The position numbers and the translations under genes were made by a program. Under the pieces are notes generated by a model, which did no database searches, was not told the origin of the DNA, and worked only from the letters and a program-made list of their open reading frames with translations. Below are positions 55,897 through 64,000 of a stretch of DNA of 64,000 nt, one piece after another. Each line of letters opens with the position of its first letter. Positions within the stretch are counted from its first letter, which is position 1. Source of the DNA: Myxococcota bacterium (lineage in GTDB: Bacteria; Myxococcota_A; UBA796; CAJQPC01); the NCBI GenBank assembly GCA_036012755.1, contig DASCPX010000016.1, forward strand, positions 160,001-224,000, in the 5' to 3' direction.

Positions 55897-57147
55897 ATGG
55901 CCTTCGGAAAGATCCCCCGCTTCTCTCCCTCCTTCTCCGCGCGCGAGGCCCTCGTGGCCGCCCGCTACCTGAGCAGGAGTGGAGACGACACCCCCGTCGT
56001 CCGGAAGTTCGAGCAGGCCTTCTCGGAGTACATCGGCGCCGAGCACGCCGTCATGGTGCCCAGCGCCCGGTACGGCTTCCACCTCCTGTTGGCCGGCTGG
56101 GGCATCGGAGAGGGCGACGAGGTCATCCTGCCCGCCCTGACCTACTTCGCGATCCCGAGCCTGGCGATCGCCACCGGGGCGACCCCGGTCTTCGCGGACA
56201 TCGGGCTGACGACCCACGTGCTGGACCCGGGCGCCTTCGAGGCCGCCATCACGCCAAGGACCAAGGCGGTCGTGCCGACCCACCTCTTCGGCACCCCCTG
56301 CGACATGGAGCCGATCCGCAAGATCGCCGAGCTCCACGGGATCAAGGTCATCGAGGACGTCGCCCAGGCCACAGGCGCCCGCTACCAGGGTGCGCGCGTC
56401 GGCTCATTTGGCGACGCCAGCTACTTCACCTTCGGCCTGACGAAGAACATCACGACGCTCTCGGGCGCGATGATCACGACCAACGACGCCGAGCTCGCCG
56501 CGAACGTCCGGTCCAAGATGGAGGCCAGCGAGTGGGCCCCGCTCTCCGGCAGCGCGAAGGAGACCCTGACCGGGCTCGCGATGATGGTCGCCACCCACCC
56601 CCTGGTCTACCCCTTCACGGTCCATCCGGCGGTGGTGCTCGGGAACCGCCTCGGCAAGGACCCGATCCACGAGCGCTTCGGCGAGGCGGAGAAGCGCTAC
56701 GACAGCGTGCCCGAGTACTACACGAAGGCCCGCCCCCGGGCGGTCCAGGCTGCCGTCGGGCTCAAGCAGCTCACCCGCATCGAGGCGCTCAACGGTGCCC
56801 GCATCCGCAACGGCCGCTTCCTCGATGACAACCTGGGCAGCGTGCAGGGCCTCACCGTGCCGAGCTACCCGGAGACCGCCGAGCCCATCTACATGAGCTT
56901 CGTCGTTCACCACGCCGACCGGGACGGCCTCGCCGCGGGCCTCCGCGACCGCGGAGTGGACACGACCATCGGCTACATGTCGAACTGCGCGAACAACCCG
57001 CTGTTCTCTGAGTTCTCTGCCCGCTGCCCCAACGCCGAGCGCGCCTTCACGGACCTTCTCCACATCCCGGTCCACCCCAATCTTTCGAACTCCGATCTTC
57101 GGCACATGTGCGAAGCTGTTCGCCAGGCGGCCCTAGGTCTCACGTGA
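55897..57147 (+). CDS. DegT/DnrJ/EryC1/StrS PLP-dependent aminotransferase
   Basis: GDEVILPALT; TKAVVPTHLFG; IEDVAQA; SYFTFGLTKNITT. Confidence 0.92.
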   Translation: MAFGKIPRFSPSFSAREALVAARYLSRSGDDTPVVRKFEQAFSEYIGAEHAVMVPSARYGFHLLLAGWGIGEGDEVILPALTYFAIPSLAIATGATPVFADIGLTTHVLDPGAFEAAITPRTKAVVPTHLFGTPCDMEPIRKIAELHGIKVIEDVAQATGARYQGARVGSFGDASYFTFGLTKNITTLSGAMITTNDAELAANVRSKMEASEWAPLSGSAKETLTGLAMMVATHPLVYPFTVHPAVVLGNRLGKDPIHERFGEAEKRYDSVPEYYTKARPRAVQAAVGLKQLTRIEALNGARIRNGRFLDDNLGSVQGLTVPSYPETAEPIYMSFVVHHADRDGLAAGLRDRGVDTTIGYMSNCANNPLFSEFSARCPNAERAFTDLLHIPVHPNLSNSDLRHMCEAVRQAALGLT

Positions 57148-58322
57148 AGCTGAACCTCCGGAACTACGCGCGCATCGCCCGGGCCGCAGCGACCCGGAAG
57201 GTCCCGGTCTACGCCCACTTCGGCATCACCCATCGCTGCGATCTGACCTGCAAGATGTGCGGCATCTGGCGCTACGGGAACAAGAAGGAAGAGCTCTCGA
57301 TCGACCAGATCAAGCAAATGGCCGCGCGCATGCGGCGGCTCGGGGTGGTCCAGATCTCGATCGGCGGCGGCGAGCCCTTCGCCTGCGAGGAGATCGAGTG
57401 GGCGGCGAAGGCCTTCGTGGACGAGGGCCTCACCGTGCGGGTCCTCACCAACGGCGTGAACGTGACGACCGAGCGGCTCGACCGCGCGATCGACTTCGGC
57501 GTCAAGAACTTCAGCATCTCGCTGGACAGCCTCTACCCGGTCCGCTTCGACTACATCTGCGAGGTCGAAGGCAGCTGGGACAGGGCCGTCCGCAACATGG
57601 TCTACCTCAGCGACAAGCTGCGCGGCTCCGGCGGCATGCTGATCCTGAACTGCGTGGTCTCGAACCTGAACCTCGAGGAGTGCCCCGACATCGTGCGCTT
57701 CGCGAAGGAGCTGGGCTTCGCGGTCAGCTTCCTCCCCATCGAGCTCCTCCCCGACGCCAAGGCCGGGGTGCGGAACTGGGAGGCCCGCTTCATCCGCTAC
57801 CGCCCGGAGATGGGCCTGGAGGCCGGACCCCAGGACGACGTCACCGGGCGCATCGACCGCGCCTACGACACGCTGATCCGGATGAAGAAGGAGGGCTGGC
57901 CGGTCCTGAACTCCACGCCGTATCTCGAGTCCAGCCGCGTCTACTTGAAGACCGGTCGCTTCCCGGCGGACGGCTGTGACGCCGGCGCGCTGTACTTCTC
58001 GATCTCGCCCAACGGCCAGTTCACCATCTGCCACCGCACCTCGCACGGCTACAAGCACTTCCTCGACCCGGACTTCGAGGAGTTCTTCCGCTCCGTCGAG
58101 TACGACTACAAGCGCAAGATGGAAGCCGGCGCTTGCGAGGGCTGCATGCGGGCCTGCTGGATCGACACGAGCTCCATGTTCCGCACCCTCGAGGGCTTCT
58201 TCGAGACCGCCCAGCTCAACCTGAGACCGCAGCTGGGGACTCCCTGCACCCTCGACGAGGCGATGGCCTGGGCGAGGTACGACGGCGTCGACATCGTCCC
58301 CGGAAAGGTCTCCGCCAAGTAG
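57144..58322 (+). CDS. Radical SAM / SPASM-twitch protein
   Basis: GTGA-coupled; CDLTCKMC; GGGEP; TNG; ISLDS; CDAG...ICH...CEGCMRAC. Confidence 0.9.
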   Translation: MKLNLRNYARIARAAATRKVPVYAHFGITHRCDLTCKMCGIWRYGNKKEELSIDQIKQMAARMRRLGVVQISIGGGEPFACEEIEWAAKAFVDEGLTVRVLTNGVNVTTERLDRAIDFGVKNFSISLDSLYPVRFDYICEVEGSWDRAVRNMVYLSDKLRGSGGMLILNCVVSNLNLEECPDIVRFAKELGFAVSFLPIELLPDAKAGVRNWEARFIRYRPEMGLEAGPQDDVTGRIDRAYDTLIRMKKEGWPVLNSTPYLESSRVYLKTGRFPADGCDAGALYFSISPNGQFTICHRTSHGYKHFLDPDFEEFFRSVEYDYKRKMEAGACEGCMRACWIDTSSMFRTLEGFFETAQLNLRPQLGTPCTLDEAMAWARYDGVDIVPGKVSAK

Positions 58323-58326
58323 GTCC

Positions 58327-59013
58327 TCAGAAGAGCTCGCCGCGAACGCCCGCCGAGACGAGGAACCCGCGGTACGTCGCCCAGTCGGTCTCTGGCGCGT
58401 AGCCGCCCATCGCCCGGACGAACCACGAGCCGTGGTCGTAGGTGTAGCCAGCGACCGGCGTCAGCCCGAGCAGTCCGAGGCGGGCCCGATGCCCGCCGTA
58501 GATGACCGACAAACCGAGCTCCTGGAACTCGCCGCGGGCGGGATCCCAGTAGCGCTCGCCGTCCCAGTCGGACTCCCAGCTGTGGGCGGCGAAGGGCGTT
58601 CGGGTCGCATCGACAACGACGCGCTCGCCCCCCGCTTCGAGGGCCCAGCCGATGCCGATGCCGGTGCGATCGTCGTACTCGTCGCTCTCGGAGAGCTTCA
58701 GCCAGGCGCCGCTCTGGAGGTGGAAGCCGAAGCGGATGTGCTCCTGGTCCACGATCAGGGTGCGCACTCCGAAGTGTGGGAGGACGCCCATGTCGTAGTC
58801 GTCGTAGGCGAGCCCGATCGTCAGCGTCGCGCGATCGTGGAGGTCGACGTGGGTCTCCAGCAGCCCCCCCTCGAAGCGCGCGCGGGTGGAAGAGTCGGTC
58901 ACCTGGAAGCCGGTCACCGAGGCTGTGACCTCGCCGTCGCTACCGGGCGCGGCGCCTACGAGGAAGGCGCCGGAAGGCACGGCGGCACCTGCAAGAGAGA
59001 CCCACAACAACAT
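58327..59013 (-). CDS. Hypothetical exported beta-rich protein
   Basis: MLLWVSLAGA; beta-strand pattern; ends SAGVRGELF. Confidence 0.65.
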   Translation of the reverse strand: MLLWVSLAGAAVPSGAFLVGAAPGSDGEVTASVTGFQVTDSSTRARFEGGLLETHVDLHDRATLTIGLAYDDYDMGVLPHFGVRTLIVDQEHIRFGFHLQSGAWLKLSESDEYDDRTGIGIGWALEAGGERVVVDATRTPFAAHSWESDWDGERYWDPARGEFQELGLSVIYGGHRARLGLLGLTPVAGYTYDHGSWFVRAMGGYAPETDWATYRGFLVSAGVRGELF

Positions 59014-59140
59014 CGCTACTCCCGAGCCCTGCACCTGGAGTGTACCGGCGTCTCTCCGGAGGCGTCAGGCCCCTGTCGCAAAGCAGTCGTTGACCTCGCC
59101 TGCTGTTTTGAGAAAAATTAGTCACCAGGAAGGAAAAAAA

Positions 59141-59738
59141 ATAAGCAGGACCGCTCCCCGTCCTCTATGTGGACGACGAGGAGGGAAACCTCTTCGTCTT
59201 CGAGGAGGCCATGGAGGGCCTCTTCCCGGTCCACCTCGTGTCCTCAGCCAGCGAGGCCCTGCGCTTCATGGAGGAGCACGAGGTCGCCATCCTGGTGACC
59301 GACCAGCGCATGCCGCAGATGACCGGCATCGAGCTCTGCGAGATCGCCCGGCGGCGCCATCCGGGCGTGCGCCGCGTCCACGCGCTGCGCGAGGCCCTCG
59401 ACGAGAGCGGCTCGATCCTCCCGACCGCCGCGATGGAGACGCTGGCCGGCGAGATGGACTGCCTCGACGAGGCGGTCAACTACCTCTTGGGGCTTCACCA
59501 GCGCACCCGCCGCCTGTCCCTCAGGAACACGAGCCAGAAGGGCCGCGTGCTCCTGGCCGAGATCAGGGAGCGGCTCTTCGAGCCCTTCCGGACGACCCGT
59601 CATGACAGCGGCGGGACGGGGCTCGGCCTCAGCATCTGCCGCTCGCTCGCCAAGAGCAACGACGGGAGCATCGCCCTGTTGCCCAGCCCGACGGGCACGA
59701 CCTTCGAGGTGCGCCTGCCCAGGGCGACGGCCACCTGA
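59141..59738 (+). pseudogene. Collapsed receiver-histidine kinase hybrid
   Basis: Receiver N-half (VLYVDDE...VTDQRMP.MTG.EL) joined to a helical fragment and the HATPase F/G2 boxes. H, N and G1 boxes are missing. An in-frame TAA lies just upstream of the first beta-strand. Confidence 0.7.
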
Positions 59739-60877
59739 TGGGCCCGGCCCCTCGGCGGTACAAGTGGGTGCTGGCCCTCGTCGGGCTCGGACTGGGCGGT
59801 GGCGCCGCGGCTCTGGCGGGCCTCGAGGTCTGGCAAGTCTTGGTCTTCTCCGGACTCACAGCGGCGATCGGCTTCCTCCTCGGCGTCACGTTGGACCTTC
59901 GCGGACAGCTCGTCCGACACCGCGGGGACCTCGCCAGGCTGGACGAGGCGCTCCAGAGCGCCGCCGTGGCCAACGAGCGCCGCACCGCGGAGCTCTCGCA
60001 GACCCGGGACGAGCTCGGCGAGACACTGGCGAGGGTCCAGGCGCTCTCGGAGTCGCAGAGCCGCTTCTTCGCGAACCTGAGCCACGACCTCCGCACGCCG
60101 CTGACGCTGATCATGGGCCCGCTCGAGGACCTCTCCCAGGGCCGGGAGCCCCCCGGCGGTCGAGACCGCGCGCTGCTCCAGATGCGTAGGAACGGCCTGC
60201 GCGTGCAGCAGCTCATCGACCAGATCCTGTTGCTCGCCCGCTTCGACGCCGGCGCGATCAAGATGGTGAAGCGAAGGACGGACCCGGTCCTGCTCGGGCA
60301 CACCTCCACCGACGCTGAGGCTCCGCTGGCTCTCGTGGTGGACGACGCCGCCGAGCTGCACAACCCGCTCAACGCGCTGCTCTCTGCGGTGGAGCTGCTG
60401 CCCAGGCGCCTGCCCGATGATCGCCACGAGCGGATCGACGGGCTGCTCGAGGTCATGGAAGAAGCCAGCCGCCGCATCCACACCCTCACAGAAGACCTCC
60501 TCGGACTCTCCGGTGTCCAGAAGGGTGACTACGAGCCCTTCAAGCCGGCCGCACCCCTCGAGGCTGCCTTGCGCCTCTTCGAGAACGCGGTCCGCGCTGT
60601 CGAAGGCGGCGGCACGATCCGCGTGCGCAGCGGAAAGAGCCAGGGTGACTACCTCTTCTGCGTCGAGGACGACGGCCCTGGCGTCGACACAGAGGTCGAG
60701 GAGCGCATCTTCGCGCCCTTCTTCACGACCCGCGCCGCAGGCGAGGGCACCGGGCTCGGCCTGAGCATCGCCCGCCGCGTCGTGCAGGAACACGACGGTC
60801 GCATCGAGGTCGGCCGATCCTCGCTGGGCGGGGCCCGCTTCACAGTCCGTGTGCCACTGAGCGCCCAACCCGGTTAG
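59738..60877 (+). CDS. Membrane histidine kinase formed from in-frame fragments of a larger hybrid kinase (may be a pseudogene)
   Basis: 2 TM; SHDLRTPL; orphan receiver start ALVVDD; second H-box remnant ELHNPL; ENA, DDGPG, FFTT, GTGLGL. Confidence 0.7.
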   Translation: MGPAPRRYKWVLALVGLGLGGGAAALAGLEVWQVLVFSGLTAAIGFLLGVTLDLRGQLVRHRGDLARLDEALQSAAVANERRTAELSQTRDELGETLARVQALSESQSRFFANLSHDLRTPLTLIMGPLEDLSQGREPPGGRDRALLQMRRNGLRVQQLIDQILLLARFDAGAIKMVKRRTDPVLLGHTSTDAEAPLALVVDDAAELHNPLNALLSAVELLPRRLPDDRHERIDGLLEVMEEASRRIHTLTEDLLGLSGVQKGDYEPFKPAAPLEAALRLFENAVRAVEGGGTIRVRSGKSQGDYLFCVEDDGPGVDTEVEERIFAPFFTTRAAGEGTGLGLSIARRVVQEHDGRIEVGRSSLGGARFTVRVPLSAQPG

Positions 60878-60886
60878 CCGCCGCAT

Positions 60887-61603
60887 GTGCGGACGGTCCT
60901 GGCCATCTATCGTCGGGAACTGGCGAGCAGCTTCAACTCGCCGCTGGCCTACATCGTCGTGCCCGTCTACCTCGTCCTCGTCGGGCTCTTCGCGCTCTAC
61001 TTGAACGACATCTTCGACACCGGGCTGGCGACCATGCGCGTCGTCTTCTTCTGGTGCGCGATGTTCCTGCTGCTCTTGGTGCCAGCGGTGACGATGCGCC
61101 TCTTCGCAGAGGAGAAGCGGACCGGCAGCCTCGAACTCCTCGTCACGATGCCGGTCACAGAGGGCGAGGTCGTGCTGGGCAAGTACCTCGCCGCGCTCAC
61201 CCTGATCCTCGTCTCCCTGGGCCTGACCATCGGCTACCCGCTGGTGCTGAGCTCGATGGCGGACATGGACTGGGGGCCGGTGATGGGCGGCTACCTCGGG
61301 CTGGTGCTGCTGGCCGCCGCCTACACCGCCATCGGGACGGCTGCCTCCAGCATCACGAACAACCAGATCATCGCCTTCCTCATCGCCGTGTCCTTCTGCA
61401 TCATTCCCTACGTCGTGGGCTTCTTCCTCACGGCGGTCCCGGCGACGTTCCTGCCGTTGGTGCAGTACCTGTCCTTCGACTACCACTTCAGCTCGCTGGC
61501 GCGCGGCGTCGTCGACACCCGCAACATCGTCTTCAACCTCAGCGTGGCCGCGCTCTTCCTCCACGTAGCGGTCTGTGCCCTCGAGCAGCGGAGGCTCTCG
61601 TGA
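60887..61603 (+). CDS. ABC-2 permease (GldF-like)
   Basis: RREL.S.F.SPLAY; TMRLFAEEKRTGSLELL.T.P; GKYLA; RGVVD. Confidence 0.9.
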   Translation: MRTVLAIYRRELASSFNSPLAYIVVPVYLVLVGLFALYLNDIFDTGLATMRVVFFWCAMFLLLLVPAVTMRLFAEEKRTGSLELLVTMPVTEGEVVLGKYLAALTLILVSLGLTIGYPLVLSSMADMDWGPVMGGYLGLVLLAAAYTAIGTAASSITNNQIIAFLIAVSFCIIPYVVGFFLTAVPATFLPLVQYLSFDYHFSSLARGVVDTRNIVFNLSVAALFLHVAVCALEQRRLS

Positions 61604-63153
61604 GGCGCAAGCTCCGAGGCAACTCCCTGTTCCAGATGGGGATGGTGGTGCTCATCGTCGTGCTGGCGAACGTGCTCGCCACCAGGCACTTCTCTCGCCT
61701 GGACCTGACAGAGGACCGCGTCCACAGCCTCTCCCACGCTGCTCGCGTGCTGATGGCGCGCCTGGAGAAGCCGCTGGTCGTGAAGGTCTACTTCACCTCT
61801 GGCCTCGAGGCGCCCTACAACAACCACCAGCAGATCCTCGTCGACAAGCTGGACGAGTTCCGGGCCTGGTCTGGCGGAAGGCTGGAGCTCACGGTCGTCG
61901 ATCCCACCCTGGACGAGGACCTCCAGGAGGAGGCCAAGCGCCTCGGCATCTCGCCGATCCCCTACAGCTTCCGGAGCAAGAGCCGCTCGGAGCTGCGGCA
62001 GGTCTACATGGGCGCCGCCTTCATCTACGGCGACCGCCAGAAGACCCTCCGCGCGATCACCCAGGTCGAGACCATCGAGTACGACGTGGCCCGCACCATC
62101 AAGACGCTGCTCGACGCCGACGACGTGAAGACCATCGGGCTGCTGACCGGCCACGGCGAACCGGACGTGCTCGCTGGCAAGGGGCCCATCAAGCAGCTCC
62201 GCGACAACCTCGCCCAGTCCTACCGGCTCCGGGTCGTCCAGCTCGGCGGCGAGACCGGCGTCCCGGACGACGTCGACGCCCTCTGGGTGATCGGGCCCCA
62301 GTCCACCGTGGGCCTGCGCGAGCAGTACCAGATCGACCAGTTCCTCATGCAGGGCAAGCCGGTCGCCTTCTTCCTGTCCAACTACAAGCCGGACATGCGC
62401 ACCCTGCGCGCGACCCGGGTCGACCACGGGCTCGAGGCCCTCGTCGGCCACTTCGGTGTCGAGCTGAACAAGGACGTCGTCGTCGACCGGGTGAACAACG
62501 GCAAGATGCGCTTCCCGGTCCGGCAGGGCGACTACGTCAAGTACCTGCCGATCAACTACCCCCTGATCCCGCTGGTCCTGGACCTCGCAGAGGACAACGT
62601 CGTGGTGAAGGACCTCGACGCCATGACCTTCCCCTTCGCCTCGTCACTGGATCTGCCCGAGAGCCCGAACCCGACGGTCGAGGTCGATGTGCTCGCCCGC
62701 TCGGACGAGGACAGCGGCCGCATCAAGGCACCCCAGCTCATCGACCCGCGGGTCTACCAGCGGCGCGATCCGAGCGAGGAGATCGGCGCCTGGCCCCTCA
62801 TCGTCACGGTCAGCGGCGAGTACCGCAGCTTCTTCGCGACAGAGGACATCCCCGACTCACCAGCCTCCGGCGAGCTCGTCCCCTTCATCGAGGACAGCGC
62901 ACCGACGAGGCTGGTGGTCGCTGGCAGCGCGGACTTCATCGCCAACAACCTCGCCTTCATGTCGAACCTGGCGGACTGGATGGTCCAGGACGAGGATCTC
63001 ATCGGCATCCGCAGCAAGACGGTCCAGGTGCCGGCGCTGGAGTCGGTCGAGGACGGCAAGCTGGCGGGCCTGAAGCTCGGCATGCTGCTCGGTCCCATCG
63101 GCCTGTTGCTGCTCTTCGGCGGGGCTCGTGCCGGCTGGCGGAGTCGCCGCTGA
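61600..63153 (+). CDS. GldG-like ABC transporter auxiliary component
   Basis: GTGA-coupled; RLDLTED..HSLS; EYD; TGHGE; IDQFLM.G; N..F..NL.DW...DEDLI.IRSK. Confidence 0.88.
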   Translation: MRRKLRGNSLFQMGMVVLIVVLANVLATRHFSRLDLTEDRVHSLSHAARVLMARLEKPLVVKVYFTSGLEAPYNNHQQILVDKLDEFRAWSGGRLELTVVDPTLDEDLQEEAKRLGISPIPYSFRSKSRSELRQVYMGAAFIYGDRQKTLRAITQVETIEYDVARTIKTLLDADDVKTIGLLTGHGEPDVLAGKGPIKQLRDNLAQSYRLRVVQLGGETGVPDDVDALWVIGPQSTVGLREQYQIDQFLMQGKPVAFFLSNYKPDMRTLRATRVDHGLEALVGHFGVELNKDVVVDRVNNGKMRFPVRQGDYVKYLPINYPLIPLVLDLAEDNVVVKDLDAMTFPFASSLDLPESPNPTVEVDVLARSDEDSGRIKAPQLIDPRVYQRRDPSEEIGAWPLIVTVSGEYRSFFATEDIPDSPASGELVPFIEDSAPTRLVVAGSADFIANNLAFMSNLADWMVQDEDLIGIRSKTVQVPALESVEDGKLAGLKLGMLLGPIGLLLLFGGARAGWRSRR

Positions 63154-64000
63154 TGCTCACGAAGAAGAGCCTGGTCCTGGCCGGAGTCGCCGTCGTGCTC
63201 GCCGGACTGTCGCTGATGGAGCCCAGCGGTCCGGTGGCGGATGTCCTCCCGACCCTCGACGGTGTCGCCCGCGAAGAGGTCACCCGCGTCGAGATCACGA
63301 AGGGTCAAATCCAGAAGGTCGTCATCGAGGGCACCTGGGACGATGGCTACGAGGTCCTCCAGCCCTTCGAGGGCTCCGCGGACTTCATGTCTCTCCGACC
63401 GGTGCTCAACGCCTTCGTCGACCCCATCGAGATGGACCTGCGGGTAGACGAGGGCGACCTCGAGTCCTACGGCGTGGACGACCAGACCGGCGTGCTCGTC
63501 GAGCTCTTCACCGTCGGCGACAGACCCGCGATGAGCGTCGTCGTCGGCTACGACGTGCCAGGCGGCTCCAGCTTCGTGCGAATCCCCGGCTCCGACGAGG
63601 TCTACCGGGCCAAGGTCGGTGGTCGCGCCCGCTACGAGCACCAGCCCATCCACTGGAAGGACCGCATGGTCGCCGAGTGGAGCCACGAGGAGATGGTCTC
63701 CATCGCAGTAGACGCCAGCGCCCATGGCAGCTGGGCCTTCCGCCGCGAGGCCACCGGCGATCTCGATCCGGGCGGCCGACCGGAGCTGGGAGACTGGTAC
63801 GCCGTGGGCGGCCCCCCCGACCTGGTGCCCGACGAGGCCGCCATCAGCGCCCTGGTGCGCTCGACGTGCGTCCTGCGCAGCGGGCGCATCCTCTCGGACG
63901 ACTACGACGGCGGCTGGGAACCTCCAGGCGCGGTGGTGACGCTGCTCGACATCGAGGGCCAGCAGCACGTGCTCACCTTCGGCTCCCGGGTCTTCGACGG
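63153..64000 (+). CDS. DUF4340-like protein (partial, runs off the window)
   Basis: TGATG-coupled; N-terminal TM; LESYGVD; VVVG...SFVR..GSDEVY...WKDR; usual position after GldG. Confidence 0.75.
   Translation, partial: MLTKKSLVLAGVAVVLAGLSLMEPSGPVADVLPTLDGVAREEVTRVEITKGQIQKVVIEGTWDDGYEVLQPFEGSADFMSLRPVLNAFVDPIEMDLRVDEGDLESYGVDDQTGVLVELFTVGDRPAMSVVVGYDVPGGSSFVRIPGSDEVYRAKVGGRARYEHQPIHWKDRMVAEWSHEEMVSIAVDASAHGSWAFRREATGDLDPGGRPELGDWYAVGGPPDLVPDEAAISALVRSTCVLRSGRILSDDYDGGWEPPGAVVTLLDIEGQQHVLTFGSRVFD

Overview
A GC-rich bacterial window that looks like Myxococcota: it has a MYXO-CTERM-like sorting tail, cysteine-rich acidic DCDD/DNDCDG repeats, CotH, and many lipoproteins. The taxonomy is an inference. 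About 60 genes are visible, including uvrB, uvrC, pepD, nfnAB, an M3 peptidase, a LysR regulator, two radical SAM enzymes, a RAYT-like HUH nuclease and a GldF/GldG/DUF4340 ABC-type module. No rRNA, tRNA or CRISPR array was recognised. The standout locus (about 40.0-52.4 kb) is a polyhydroxyalkanoate (PHA) cluster. It contains phaR, a perfect TGC-N3-GCA inverted-repeat operator, a 56-aa phasin-like gene, phaE and two class III phaC genes. These are translationally coupled to a Na+/solute symporter, an acyl-CoA ligase, a lipoprotein, an outer-membrane barrel, two exported alpha/beta hydrolases and an SDR, and there is no thiolase in the cluster. This suggests a 'hydrolyse outside, import, activate, repolymerise' scavenging pathway. 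Three window-wide patterns also stand out: ultra-short (7-11 aa), mostly uncharged signal peptides on many exported proteins; TANNNT boxes 6 nt before start codons, implying leaderless mRNAs; and several genes collapsed by internal deletion. All functional calls come from motif recognition by eye; no database searches were run.
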